In this document: piece after piece, positions 29,155 through 37,074 of the stretch
Layout of the letters: each line of letters starts with the position of its first letter
Numbering within the stretch: position 1 is the first letter of the stretch
Origin: Eubacteriales bacterium
Lineage (GTDB): Bacteria; Bacillota; Clostridia; Christensenellales; UBA1242
DNA length: 64,000 nucleotides
Assembly (NCBI GenBank): GCA_018384735.1
Contig: JAHAXB010000031.1
Span: forward strand, 46,117-110,116
Direction of reading: 5' to 3'
Made by a program: the position numbers and the translations under genes
Notes under the pieces: model-generated
Told to the model about the DNA's origin: nothing
The model's database searches: none
The model's input: only the letters and a program-made list of their open reading frames with translations

Positions 29155-30609
29155 TTACCAGCGGGTCAAACGCGACTTGACGATTTCGTTACCCAAAATT
29201 TGACCAATCGCCCACAAATCTGGCGTGTTGGTCTTGCCCGTCATGGCCAAACGCATTTGCGCGGTCAAGGCTTTCAAGGTCGGTTTATCCGGTGCCATGT
29301 TTTTAACTTTTTGCCACCAAGTTTCTTTGTCATCGTTGGCATCATAAACCGCGGCGTACTTTTTCAGTAACGCGCCGTCCAAAGTCGTACCATCAACTTG
29401 GATTTCGTCCCACAAGTAACTGTACAAAGTCGGGATATCTTCAAACTTAACCAAATCTTTACGCGGACGTTCGCCCCCACGCTCCACGCCCAACATTTTT
29501 TCAATCCGTGCTTTAATCACCGGCGTGATGTTGGGTAAACTTTGCCAGTTCCACGCATTAAACGTTTGAACAATTTCCGCGTGGTTAAAGCGCGCCCAAA
29601 CATTTTTGGCAATGTCGTTCAGTTTTGGCAAATCGAACAAGGGGTTATTCGTACCAATTTTTTGCAAACTAAATTGAAAATCGGTCAAGGGTGCGGTCGG
29701 GTTTGCGGTACGCCAAATTTCAAAGTCACTGTTGTAAATCGTCAACAAGTATTCAAAAATCGCATCGCGCGGATACCCCGCATCCACCAAGTTCATGACC
29801 AACGCTTGGGGGTCTTTACGTTTGGAGAGTTTACGCTTCTTGCCGTTGTCTTCAATATTGATGGTTGGCATATGCAAATAGTGCAAACGCGGGAAACCCA
29901 ATAAATCACACAGTTGCATGTGTTCCGCGGTCGAGATTAACCACTCTTCCCCGCGCACAACCAAAGCCGTTCCCATCAAGGTATCATCAATCACATGCGC
30001 AAAGTTATACGGTGGCAAACCGTTCGATTTCAAAATAATGGGGTCATTTTTTTGTGGTTGCAAAGCAATTTCGCCACGTCCAGCATCGGTAAAGGTAATG
30101 CGTTCGCCCCAATCTTGGTAACCGAAGTTCGCCCGAATGACATATTTTTCGCCATTAGCGATACGACGCGCAACCTCTTCCTTACTCAGATGACGGCACT
30201 TCGCGTATTTACCGTAGTAGCCGGTCGGTTCATTATTTTTTAATTGTGTTTCGCGCATTTGGTTCAAATCGTCTTCGGTACAGAAACAATAATAAGCTTT
30301 ACCTTGTTTGACCAAGTCTTCCGCATATTTTTGATAAATCGCCGCGCGTTCACTTTGCACATAGGTTTCGGCAAAATGTAAATCAAAGTAGTTGAACGTG
30401 GTCATCATCTTTTCGACCGCGTCCGCCACGTAGCGTTTGCTATCCGTATCTTCAATGCGCAAATAAAGGCGCCCGTGATTTTGTCGCGCTAAATAAGCAT
30501 TGACCAAAGCCATCGCCACGGTACCCAAATGAACATAGCCGGTCGGGCTGGGTGCGATACGGTAACCGTTTGGTTGGTCTTTCGGATAATTAAAGGGGCA
30601 ATTTTTCAT
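29155..30609 (-). CDS. gltX: Glutamyl-tRNA synthetase
   Basis: HIGH region RIAPSPTGYVHLGT, then RIEDTD, and the KMSKS-like KLSKRK. Confidence 0.9.
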   Translation of the reverse strand: MKNCPFNYPKDQPNGYRIAPSPTGYVHLGTVAMALVNAYLARQNHGRLYLRIEDTDSKRYVADAVEKMMTTFNYFDLHFAETYVQSERAAIYQKYAEDLVKQGKAYYCFCTEDDLNQMRETQLKNNEPTGYYGKYAKCRHLSKEEVARRIANGEKYVIRANFGYQDWGERITFTDAGRGEIALQPQKNDPIILKSNGLPPYNFAHVIDDTLMGTALVVRGEEWLISTAEHMQLCDLLGFPRLHYLHMPTINIEDNGKKRKLSKRKDPQALVMNLVDAGYPRDAIFEYLLTIYNSDFEIWRTANPTAPLTDFQFSLQKIGTNNPLFDLPKLNDIAKNVWARFNHAEIVQTFNAWNWQSLPNITPVIKARIEKMLGVERGGERPRKDLVKFEDIPTLYSYLWDEIQVDGTTLDGALLKKYAAVYDANDDKETWWQKVKNMAPDKPTLKALTAQMRLAMTGKTNTPDLWAIGQILGNEIVKSRLTRW

Positions 30610-30877
30610 TGCGTAACTCCGTTACTTGGCGCAAACATTCGTTAATTACCGCGATGACCAAGTCTTCCGTGGTTTCGACATCGTCCGGATCTACAGCTTC
30701 GGGTTTAATGTGTAAATCCAAAAGTTCATAAGCACCCGACATGGAAGCGGTAACCATTCCACCACCGACAGTTGCTTCAACCGCAGTTTCCGCCAATTCT
30801 TCTTTGGTTTTTTCCAATTGTTTTTGCATGGCTTCCGCCTGTTTCATCAGGTTTGCCATTTGTCCGTTGTTGCCCAT
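30590..30877 (-). CDS. ybaB: Nucleoid-associated protein YbaB/EbfC
   Basis: Sequence GNNGQMANLMKQAEAMQKQLEKTKEELA..VEATVGGGMV. 3' end overlaps the gltX start by 20 nt. An alternative upstream start exists at 30898. Confidence 0.85.
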   Translation of the reverse strand: MGNNGQMANLMKQAEAMQKQLEKTKEELAETAVEATVGGGMVTASMSGAYELLDLHIKPEAVDPDDVETTEDLVIAVINECLRQVTELRNEKLPL

Positions 30878-30901
30878 TGCAAAATTTCTCATACGCATAG
30901 T

Positions 30902-31213
30902 TTACACGATTTCGACTTTATCGCCAAATAAATCCTTCAAGCGTGCCACGTTATCGCGGTTTTCGTCGTACACCACCACGGTGTCATCCTGCAACGTTAG
31001 CGTCACATTTTCCCCCGCCAAATCCCGCAACTGGGTTAAATGTTGGTTCAACATCGTTTTTTCCGCATCGTTATGGATGTGAACGATAATTTTATCATCG
31101 CTGAAATCGACGTCATTCATTGTGGAAAGCAGTCCGAACAAGCCAAAATTTTTTTCCGTACGTAAGGTACGCAAAATTTTTACCCACACACCTTCCAGTT
31201 CGTGTTGTTCCAT
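30902..31213 (-). CDS. 103-aa protein, possibly a stand-alone DnaX (tau) C-terminal-like domain (tentative)
   Basis: Starts 1 nt after the dnaX stop. The pattern W-x2-IL ... IIVHIHNDAEKTML resembles the C-terminal domain of Firmicutes DnaX. Confidence 0.5.
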   Translation of the reverse strand: MEQHELEGVWVKILRTLRTEKNFGLFGLLSTMNDVDFSDDKIIVHIHNDAEKTMLNQHLTQLRDLAGENVTLTLQDDTVVVYDENRDNVARLKDLFGDKVEIV

Positions 31214-31214
31214 G

Positions 31215-32225
31215 TTATGCTCCGCAAGCCACTAATGCCGCGGTTTCAAAGTAACCGTGCGGGTCGGTTGCATATTTCAAAGTCATTTCCAAATTAGCAA
31301 ACATGCGTAACGCGGTTGCCAGACGCGGAGTTGGTTGCGCAACATAAGCGTCCTTAATCGCTGCCAAAGTTCCCTTCAAAATCCGCGCCGTACTGGTCGC
31401 CGAATTGAAAATTTTGGTTACGGTAGCGCGCACTGTTTTTACATCACCCGCCGCAATTTGTTGGACTAAATCATGGAAAATTTGCGCATCCAGTCCGCCC
31501 ACCACGCGGTTAATCGCTTCCACAGTAATTGGTTCGTTACCACAATAGGCCGCCACCGTATCCGCAAAAGATAACGCGTCACGCACACTACCTTGTCCCT
31601 CTTTGGCAATTGCGGTAATGGCAGCTGCGTCCGCGGTCAATTTTTCTTTTTTGAAAACGCCAGCAATTACTTTTTCCAAGTTGGACAAAGAAACATTTTG
31701 GAAATTAAAGCGCAAGCAACGACTTTGCACCGTCGGCAACAGTTTGTGCGGTTCGGTCGTTGCCAAGATAAAAATTACATGTGCCGGCGGTTCTTCCAAA
31801 GTTTTTAACAACGCGTTGAACGCTGAACCCGAGAACATATGCACTTCATCAATGATGTAAACTTTGTATTTACCAACCACGGGCGGATATTTCACACTTT
31901 CAATTAAATCGCGCACCGCATCCACACCGTTGTTGCTGGCAGCATCGATTTCAAAAATATCCATACTTTTGTTGGTACTTTGACACCAAGCGCACTTGCC
32001 ACAAACTTTGCCGTCATGGAAGTTTTCGCAGTTGACCGCGTTCGCCATGATTTTTGCGACCGAAGTTTTACCGGTTCCACGCGTACCGCAGAACAAATAG
32101 GCATGACCAATTTTACCCGCCATAATTTGGTTGCTCAAAGTTTTCGTAATGAAATCTTGCCCGACCACTTCCCCAAAACTTTTCGGACGGTAGACACGGT
32201 AAAAAGATTTTACTTCCGTGTTCAT
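31215..32225 (-). CDS. dnaX: DNA polymerase III subunit gamma/tau, short form (AAA+ clamp-loader core only, 336 aa)
   Basis: Walker A GTRGTGKTS, Zn module CENFHDGKVCGKCAWC, Walker B IIDEVHM, sensor SRC. Confidence 0.9.
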   Translation of the reverse strand: MNTEVKSFYRVYRPKSFGEVVGQDFITKTLSNQIMAGKIGHAYLFCGTRGTGKTSVAKIMANAVNCENFHDGKVCGKCAWCQSTNKSMDIFEIDAASNNGVDAVRDLIESVKYPPVVGKYKVYIIDEVHMFSGSAFNALLKTLEEPPAHVIFILATTEPHKLLPTVQSRCLRFNFQNVSLSNLEKVIAGVFKKEKLTADAAAITAIAKEGQGSVRDALSFADTVAAYCGNEPITVEAINRVVGGLDAQIFHDLVQQIAAGDVKTVRATVTKIFNSATSTARILKGTLAAIKDAYVAQPTPRLATALRMFANLEMTLKYATDPHGYFETAALVACGA

Positions 32226-33031
32226 TCAGTTTTTTCTCCCGCGTCGGCTTTTTTGGTTTCTTTTTTATCCGGTTGACGTTTCATAAATTCAAACGCCAAT
32301 TCGCGGTACGCTTTCGCGCCCGGACATTTACCATCATAAATACAAATCGGTTTGCCATAGCCCGGCGCTTCCGCCAACTTAACATTACGCGGAATTTGGG
32401 TGTTATAAACCTTGCGGCCAAAGAACTTTAACAGTTCGGCTTGGACCTGTAAGTTCAAACCGTTACGACTGAACATGGTCATCAAGATACCTTCGATATC
32501 AATTTTCGGGTTGAAGCCCTGACTCTTAATCAAGCGAATGGCGCGCACCAATTGGGTGATACCTTCCAAAGCAAAGTATTCACATTGAATTGGAATGATG
32601 ACCGAATCGGACGCGGTCAACGCGTTCACCGTCAACAAAGTCAAAGTCGGCGGACAATCAATAAAAATGTAATCGTAACTGTCGCGGATTTTATCCAAGC
32701 AATTACGCAAGATTTGTTCACGACCACGCATACGTACCAATTCGATTTCACCACCCGCCAAGTTTTCGTTACTGGGTAAAATTTCCAAGTTCTTCACTGC
32801 GGTTAATTGGATGGCATCGGTCGGGTCAATTTGGTCGCACATCACATTATAAACGGACGGCATCTTATCTGTCACTTTCACGCCCAAGCCACTGCTGGCG
32901 TTATGTTGCGGGTCGAAGTCCACCACCAAAACTTTTTTACCTAACTGCGCCAAATACGCCGCCAAGTTAATACAAGTCGTAGTTTTACCGACCCCACCTT
33001 TTTGTAATGCTATTGCTACGATTTTTCCCAT
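32222..33031 (-). CDS. parA: Chromosome partitioning ATPase ParA/Soj
   Basis: Deviant Walker A QKGGVGKTTT. Start set at MGKIVAIA with an AAGGAA RBS. 3' end overlaps the dnaX start by 4 nt. Confidence 0.9.
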   Translation of the reverse strand: MGKIVAIALQKGGVGKTTTCINLAAYLAQLGKKVLVVDFDPQHNASSGLGVKVTDKMPSVYNVMCDQIDPTDAIQLTAVKNLEILPSNENLAGGEIELVRMRGREQILRNCLDKIRDSYDYIFIDCPPTLTLLTVNALTASDSVIIPIQCEYFALEGITQLVRAIRLIKSQGFNPKIDIEGILMTMFSRNGLNLQVQAELLKFFGRKVYNTQIPRNVKLAEAPGYGKPICIYDGKCPGAKAYRELAFEFMKRQPDKKETKKADAGEKTE

Positions 33032-33109
33032 TTTCTGTTCCTTTTTTGTTTTTTTTACGGTAATAAGATAACACAACTCTTGTTAAATTACCAGTTTTCT
33101 GCCAGATTT

Positions 33110-33167
33110 TGTGATTTTATACTATATATTGTGGTATACCCCTATGTGATATACTATATCTTGTGGT
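33110..33167. repeat. Two tandem imperfect direct repeats (TGTGAT-[ttt]-ATACTATAT-n-TTGTGGT)
   Basis: R1 is 33110-33135 and R2 is 33145-33167. They differ by a 3-nt indel and one substitution. R2 overlaps the parB stop codon. Confidence 0.7.
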
Positions 33168-34083
33168 TTTTCAGATAATTGACGATTCTTTCCAGCTCTT
33201 CCGCCGAATAATAGCCAATCACGACCTTGCCGTGGTCCAAACTGCCCTCGATTTTGACCTTGGTACCAATCGCGCGGGACAAGATTTTTTCTTGTTCGCG
33301 GATTTCGGGCGCTTTGGGTGGCTTGGCTTTTCCCGCCGGCAAGTTCGGCATTTTACCATCAATCAGTTCGCCCAACGCACGCACCGACAAGTTTTCGTCC
33401 ACTGCACGGCGTGCATACTCAATTTGTTTACGCTCATCACTGATACCCATCAAGCGGATAGCGTGACCTGCGGTCAATTGTTTATGCGCAATAAATTGTT
33501 GTACTTCGCTCGGCAAGCTCAACAAACGCAAAGTATTCGCAATTGTGCTACGCGGTTTCGACAAACGCTCCGCCACCTTTTCCTGTGTCAGGTTGTGGTC
33601 ATCCATCAACTTTTTAATACCTTGCGCCAATTCCATATCATTCAAGTCAGCACGTTGTAAGTTTTCGATAATCGCAATTTCCGCAATTTGTTTCTGATTG
33701 AACTTTTTAATAATGGCGGGAATTTCCACCAAGCCTGCCATTCGTGCAGCGCGCCAACGACGTTCACCCGCCACAATCATAAAGCGGTTACCGACCGGTG
33801 TAATTAAAATTGGTTGAATCACACCATAGGTGCGGATACTTTCCGCCAAATCATGCAAGTCATCTTGATCAAAAACCTTACGCGGTTGGTTGATATTGTT
33901 ATCAATCATGGCAATGGCGATTTGTTGCACTTCGCTTTCCGCGGGTGCTTTTTCCGCCACAGTAGTTTGATTAGTTTGTTTTTTTGGTTGTTTTACCGGT
34001 TCATCGATTGGTGTTAATTCGTCATCCAAGGTAAAGTCGCCAAACAATGCACCTAAACCACGACCTAATTTATTTTCTCCCAT
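33154..34083 (-). CDS. parB: Chromosome partitioning protein ParB/Spo0J
   Basis: N-terminal KLGRGLGALF, then GERRWRAA, HTH LTQEKVAERLSKPRSTIANTLRLL, and a C-terminal dimerisation segment KVKIEGS..GKVVIGYYSAEELERI. TAAAAT lies 6 nt upstream of the ATG. Confidence 0.9.
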   Translation of the reverse strand: MGENKLGRGLGALFGDFTLDDELTPIDEPVKQPKKQTNQTTVAEKAPAESEVQQIAIAMIDNNINQPRKVFDQDDLHDLAESIRTYGVIQPILITPVGNRFMIVAGERRWRAARMAGLVEIPAIIKKFNQKQIAEIAIIENLQRADLNDMELAQGIKKLMDDHNLTQEKVAERLSKPRSTIANTLRLLSLPSEVQQFIAHKQLTAGHAIRLMGISDERKQIEYARRAVDENLSVRALGELIDGKMPNLPAGKAKPPKAPEIREQEKILSRAIGTKVKIEGSLDHGKVVIGYYSAEELERIVNYLKNHKI

Positions 34084-34144
34084 GTTTTAATTTTAATCAT
34101 TTTTGGGTAAAAATGCAACAGTTTATTCTAGCGCCATGCGTAAT

Positions 34145-34160
34145 TGTTTAACGTTAAACA
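34145..34160. other. parS-like site 1 (TGTTTAACGTTAAACA)
   Basis: Perfect 16-bp palindrome. Differs from the canonical parS TGTTNCACGTGAAACA only at the symmetric positions 6 and 11. Confidence 0.65.
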
Positions 34161-34347
34161 TTTTACATTGTTCATTGATTTTTATCTGAATTTATCTCCA
34201 AAAAAAATCCAGCGTCAGTAACTTACATCAGGATTGTCAGTAACCATCAAATCTTACAGCCAATTCAACCGGATTGAACATTATTGTGACAAACCGACGC
34301 GAGGCAATCGTAACTAACATTAACAATGTCAGTAACTTGCACCAAGT

Positions 34348-34363
34348 TGTTTAACGTTAAACA
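34348..34363. other. parS-like site 2 (TGTTTAACGTTAAACA)
   Basis: Identical 16-mer. Confidence 0.65.
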
Positions 34364-34375
34364 ATTTACTTCGGC

Positions 34376-34404
34376 AATAAAAAACACGGGAATTAAACCC
34401 GTGT
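34376..34404 (-). terminator. Orphan minus-strand Rho-independent terminator inside the parB upstream region
   Basis: Minus-strand read ACACGGG-tttaatt-CCCGTGT followed by TTTTTTATT. No T-run is present on the plus strand. Confidence 0.55.
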
Positions 34405-34513
34405 CCTTAATAGCACTACTAATCGTGCTAACCTGTTTATTATCTTTACTCACTAAGACGGTGCAATGCTGGTTTCAACGACTTTGCCTTGTCGTGCTAG
34501 TATTTGGTAAAAT

Positions 34514-34529
34514 TGTTTAACGTTAAACA
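34514..34529. other. parS-like site 3 (TGTTTAACGTTAAACA, within the 22-bp palindrome AATTGTTTAACGTTAAACAATT)
   Basis: Identical 16-mer with extended symmetry. Confidence 0.65.
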
Positions 34530-34567
34530 ATTAGTTGATGCCGGTTAGTGTCGCAAGAAGTTTACTG

Positions 34568-34597
34568 TTGACAAAAAATCCACCGGCGGGATATAAT
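34568..34597 (+). promoter_or_regulatory. Sigma-70-type promoter of cvpA (leaderless configuration)
   Basis: TTGACA (34568-34573), 18 nt, TATAAT (34592-34597), then 6 nt to the ATG at 34604. Confidence 0.65.
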
Positions 34598-34603
34598 ACC
34601 TAT

Positions 34604-35167
34604 ATGAGAGCGGGACTAATCGCCGATATTGTCGTCGCAATTTTAATTATCATCAACTTAGTTGTTTGTACGCACAAAGGTTTTATCCGTTGTGTCATGT
34701 CCAGTATTTCTACCGTGTTGGCCTTTGCGGCTGCCTTTTTTGGTTCCGCATATTTGGCTAAATTTTGCGAAGCCAGGTTCGGTTGGGAAACAGCAATTGC
34801 TAATTGGCACGTACCATTCATTAGCGCACACACTTTACTGTGTTTATTCTGCGGCATTGGTATCTTTATTGTAGTCCGTTTGTTGTGCTTATTGTTAGAT
34901 AAACTGTTACAGGTCATTAAGGAAAAATTAAAAGCGGTCAATGTCATCGACCGCATTCTTGGTACCGTCTTTGGTTTGTTCTCAGCGATGGTGGAATTGA
35001 CTTTCATCTTCTTGTTGATTGACCAATTTGGTTGGGCCGACAATTTGTCCTTGACCGCAGACGGGGGAGGATTCCTGGCATGGCGTATCTTTGATTTCTG
35101 CAAGACCTACCTGTTCGACTTGTTGACCCAAGTTACCAACGCCGCCGCTGAACATCCGCTTTTTTAA
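34604..35167 (+). CDS. cvpA: CvpA-family membrane protein
   Basis: Four TM helices. N-terminus MRAGLIADIVVAILIIINLV is typical of the CvpA (colicin V production) family. Confidence 0.7.
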   Translation: MRAGLIADIVVAILIIINLVVCTHKGFIRCVMSSISTVLAFAAAFFGSAYLAKFCEARFGWETAIANWHVPFISAHTLLCLFCGIGIFIVVRLLCLLLDKLLQVIKEKLKAVNVIDRILGTVFGLFSAMVELTFIFLLIDQFGWADNLSLTADGGGFLAWRIFDFCKTYLFDLLTQVTNAAAEHPLF

Positions 35168-35193
35168 TGGATAAGTTATTTACAGTTAATTGG

Positions 35194-35229
35194 AAGTTAC
35201 TTACAAACGAAATGTAAGTAACTTTTTTT
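35194..35229. terminator. Rho-independent terminator between convergent cvpA and recF
   Basis: 11-bp stem AAGTTACTTAC / GTAAGTAACTT with a 9-nt loop and a T-run. The T-run overlaps the recF stop codon. Confidence 0.75.
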
Positions 35230-36265
35230 ATTCCTTAACCGTGCCGTTAATCACAGTGAAAATTTTTCCACTGGTTGGCACGTCGGTGGCGGTAATAATC
35301 GCCTGCGTATTAGCAATCGCAATTAGCAGTCTCGTGCGACGACTGCTATCTAACTCACTAAACACATCATCAAGTAGTAGAATCGGACGTTCACCAGTGA
35401 GTTTGGTAAACAAATCCAACTCCGCCAATTTGATGGATAACGCGACCGTGCGTTGTTGTCCCTGGCTACCAAACACACGGACGTCCTGACCGTTGATAGT
35501 GATGGCGAGGTCGTCGCGGTGCGGTCCCACTGTCGTGGTGCGCAGACGTAAATCGCGCTCACGCGCTGCCAGCAATTCTTTTTCCAAATCAGCGCAGGTT
35601 TCATAGGTAAGCGAAATTTTTTCTTGTCCGCCGGTCAATTCTTTGTGCTTGGCTTCTACGTAGGGCGTTAATTTTTGGATAAATTCCTGACGCTTGGCGA
35701 TAATGATTTTGCCTTGCTTAACCAGTTGTCCGTCCCAAATTGCTAATTCGCGCGGGTCGCTGTTATCCTTCAAATAAGCGTTACGTTGCTGTAAAATTTT
35801 GTTATAGCGCGCCAAAGCATAAAAATAGGTTTTATCAATTTGGGATAAATCAATATTGATGAAACGGCGACGGTCAGCGGGGGCCTCCTTGACCAATTTC
35901 AATTCATCGGGCGAAAAGAAAATACAGTTAATTTGTCCCATCAGTTCGGCGACTTTGGCAATTGGTACACGGTTAATGGCAATGGATTTTTTCAGCCCTG
36001 TGCCCAGTTGGATGGCAATGTCGACCGCACCAAATTTTTTCACCGCGGTAACTTGCACCAAGGCATTATCTTTGCCGAACTGAACCATTTCGTTGTCACG
36101 GCTGGTACGCCAACCACGGCCGACACAGGAAAGATAGATTGCTTCCAATAAATTGGTTTTACCTTGACCGTTGGGACCCACCAAAACATTGACCCCTGGA
36201 TCAAGTTGCAGGGTAGTGTGCGTGTGGTTCCGAAAATTATCAACCGTCAATTCAGCTATTCGCAT
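35228..36265 (-). CDS. recF: DNA replication and repair protein RecF
   Basis: Walker A GPNGQGKTNLLEAI, signature FGSQGQQRT, Walker B ILLLDDVFSELD. TATAAT lies 8 nt upstream of the ATG. Confidence 0.9.
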   Translation of the reverse strand: MRIAELTVDNFRNHTHTTLQLDPGVNVLVGPNGQGKTNLLEAIYLSCVGRGWRTSRDNEMVQFGKDNALVQVTAVKKFGAVDIAIQLGTGLKKSIAINRVPIAKVAELMGQINCIFFSPDELKLVKEAPADRRRFINIDLSQIDKTYFYALARYNKILQQRNAYLKDNSDPRELAIWDGQLVKQGKIIIAKRQEFIQKLTPYVEAKHKELTGGQEKISLTYETCADLEKELLAARERDLRLRTTTVGPHRDDLAITINGQDVRVFGSQGQQRTVALSIKLAELDLFTKLTGERPILLLDDVFSELDSSRRTRLLIAIANTQAIITATDVPTSGKIFTVINGTVKE

Positions 36266-36280
36266 TGATAATTATTATAC

Positions 36281-36312
36281 AAAAAAAACCGCAGCATAGC
36301 CACGGTTTTTTT
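36281..36312 (-). terminator. Rho-independent terminator of ORF 36331..36864
   Basis: Minus-strand stem CCGTGGC-tat-GCTGCGG. Two G-U pairs form only on the minus strand. Followed by TTTTTTTT. Confidence 0.65.
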
Positions 36313-36330
36313 CAAATTGACGCGTCCAGA

Positions 36331-36864
36331 TTATTTAGCCGCTTTTTTCGGAGCCGCTTTCTTCGCAGCAGGTTTCTTTTCTGCCACAACGGTTTCCGCT
36401 ACTGGAGCTGCAGCTGGTTTAACTTGAGCTGGAACCATTTCAGCTTCAATAAAACGAGTTACGCCCTTGATTAACGGATGTAATCCGAAAATAAAGAATG
36501 GAACCCATAATTGATAGAATGAAGCTCTTGCCCACAAACCATCAAGTGCAGTAAATTCGCCGCCATTGACGCCGTCTACGATAACGAAAACAATTAACAA
36601 CAAAGTAATGATACCGCCAACGATCATATAAAGAGCGCTAACGACTTTCTTGCTTTGCATAGTTTTAACTACCGTAACACCAACCATACCGAAGAAGAAC
36701 AACATTGTCGAAACCAACAAAGCGATGTTGTAGAAATCAGACAACCAAGTACCATCGGTAATACGACTGCCATAGTTTGCCCATGCTACGATAGCAAGTA
36801 CGCCACCAAGGAAGTAAAGGAAAGCTAAGGAAAGTCGTGACCAGTTCTTACGAATAAAATCCAT
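36331..36864 (-). CDS. 4-TM membrane protein with a Lys/Ala/Pro-rich (histone-H1-like) C-terminal tail
   Basis: AAGGAG RBS. Tail sequence is PAAAPVAETVVAEKKPAAKKAAPKKAAK. Confidence 0.6.
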   Translation of the reverse strand: MDFIRKNWSRLSLAFLYFLGGVLAIVAWANYGSRITDGTWLSDFYNIALLVSTMLFFFGMVGVTVVKTMQSKKVVSALYMIVGGIITLLLIVFVIVDGVNGGEFTALDGLWARASFYQLWVPFFIFGLHPLIKGVTRFIEAEMVPAQVKPAAAPVAETVVAEKKPAAKKAAPKKAAK

Positions 36865-37039
36865 GACTTCGTCTCCTTTTAATTTGGGCGCATCCCAAAA
36901 AATTTTTACTTAACGTAAATCTACTTTAGTATACCGAGTTTTGTCTTTTCTAACAAATCATTTTTACCGCTTAAACCCCAAAATCTGGGTAAAAAGGCCC
37001 TTCAAGTTGTGTCAACAACATAATTTACGCCCCAGAAGG

Positions 37040-37068
37040 TTGACTTTGCCGGGGGAATGATTTAACAT
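37040..37068 (+). promoter_or_regulatory. Promoter of paralog 1 (leaderless configuration)
   Basis: TTGACT (37040-37045), 17 nt, TAACAT (37063-37068), then 6 nt to the ATG. Shares the 13-mer TTGACTTTGCCGG with the promoter of paralog 2. Confidence 0.6.
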
Positions 37069-37074
37069 GGGGCA

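Noticed and set aside
31211-31217. Programmed ribosomal frameshift joining dnaX to the following 103-aa ORF, as in E. coli tau/gamma.
   Set aside because: No slippery heptamer (A AAA AAG-type) or downstream structure is present at the junction. The sequence there is GGA GCA TAA C ATG. Separate, closely coupled genes are more likely.
34265-34453. 62-aa minus-strand ORF in the parB upstream region.
   Set aside because: It runs straight through the intrinsic terminator hairpin and a parS-like palindrome, and has no RBS or promoter. It is most likely non-coding.
34145-34529. The TGTTTAACGTTAAACA palindromes read as CcpA cre sites.
   Set aside because: The cre consensus TGWNANCGNTNWCA is 14 bp with 4 nt between TG and the central CG. 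These sites are 16 bp with 5 nt. Their outer arms TGTTT/AAACA and their position next to parB fit parS much better.
34084-34603. Possible oriC in the 520-bp parB/cvpA intergenic region.
   Set aside because: I could find no TTATCCACA-type DnaA boxes; the best matches are TTATCTGAA and TTATCTCCA, each with at least 2 mismatches. There is no obvious DnaA-trio or AT-rich unwinding element either. The region is better explained as a parS cluster plus promoters. A PWM scan and GC-skew analysis would settle this.
36331-36420. Periodic GCNGC/AAR repeat DNA at the 3' end of ORF 36331-36864, considered as a possible tandem repeat or CRISPR-like array.
   Set aside because: It is simply the coding sequence of a Lys/Ala/Pro-rich tail (KKPAAKKAAPKKAAK). 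There are no spacer-repeat units.
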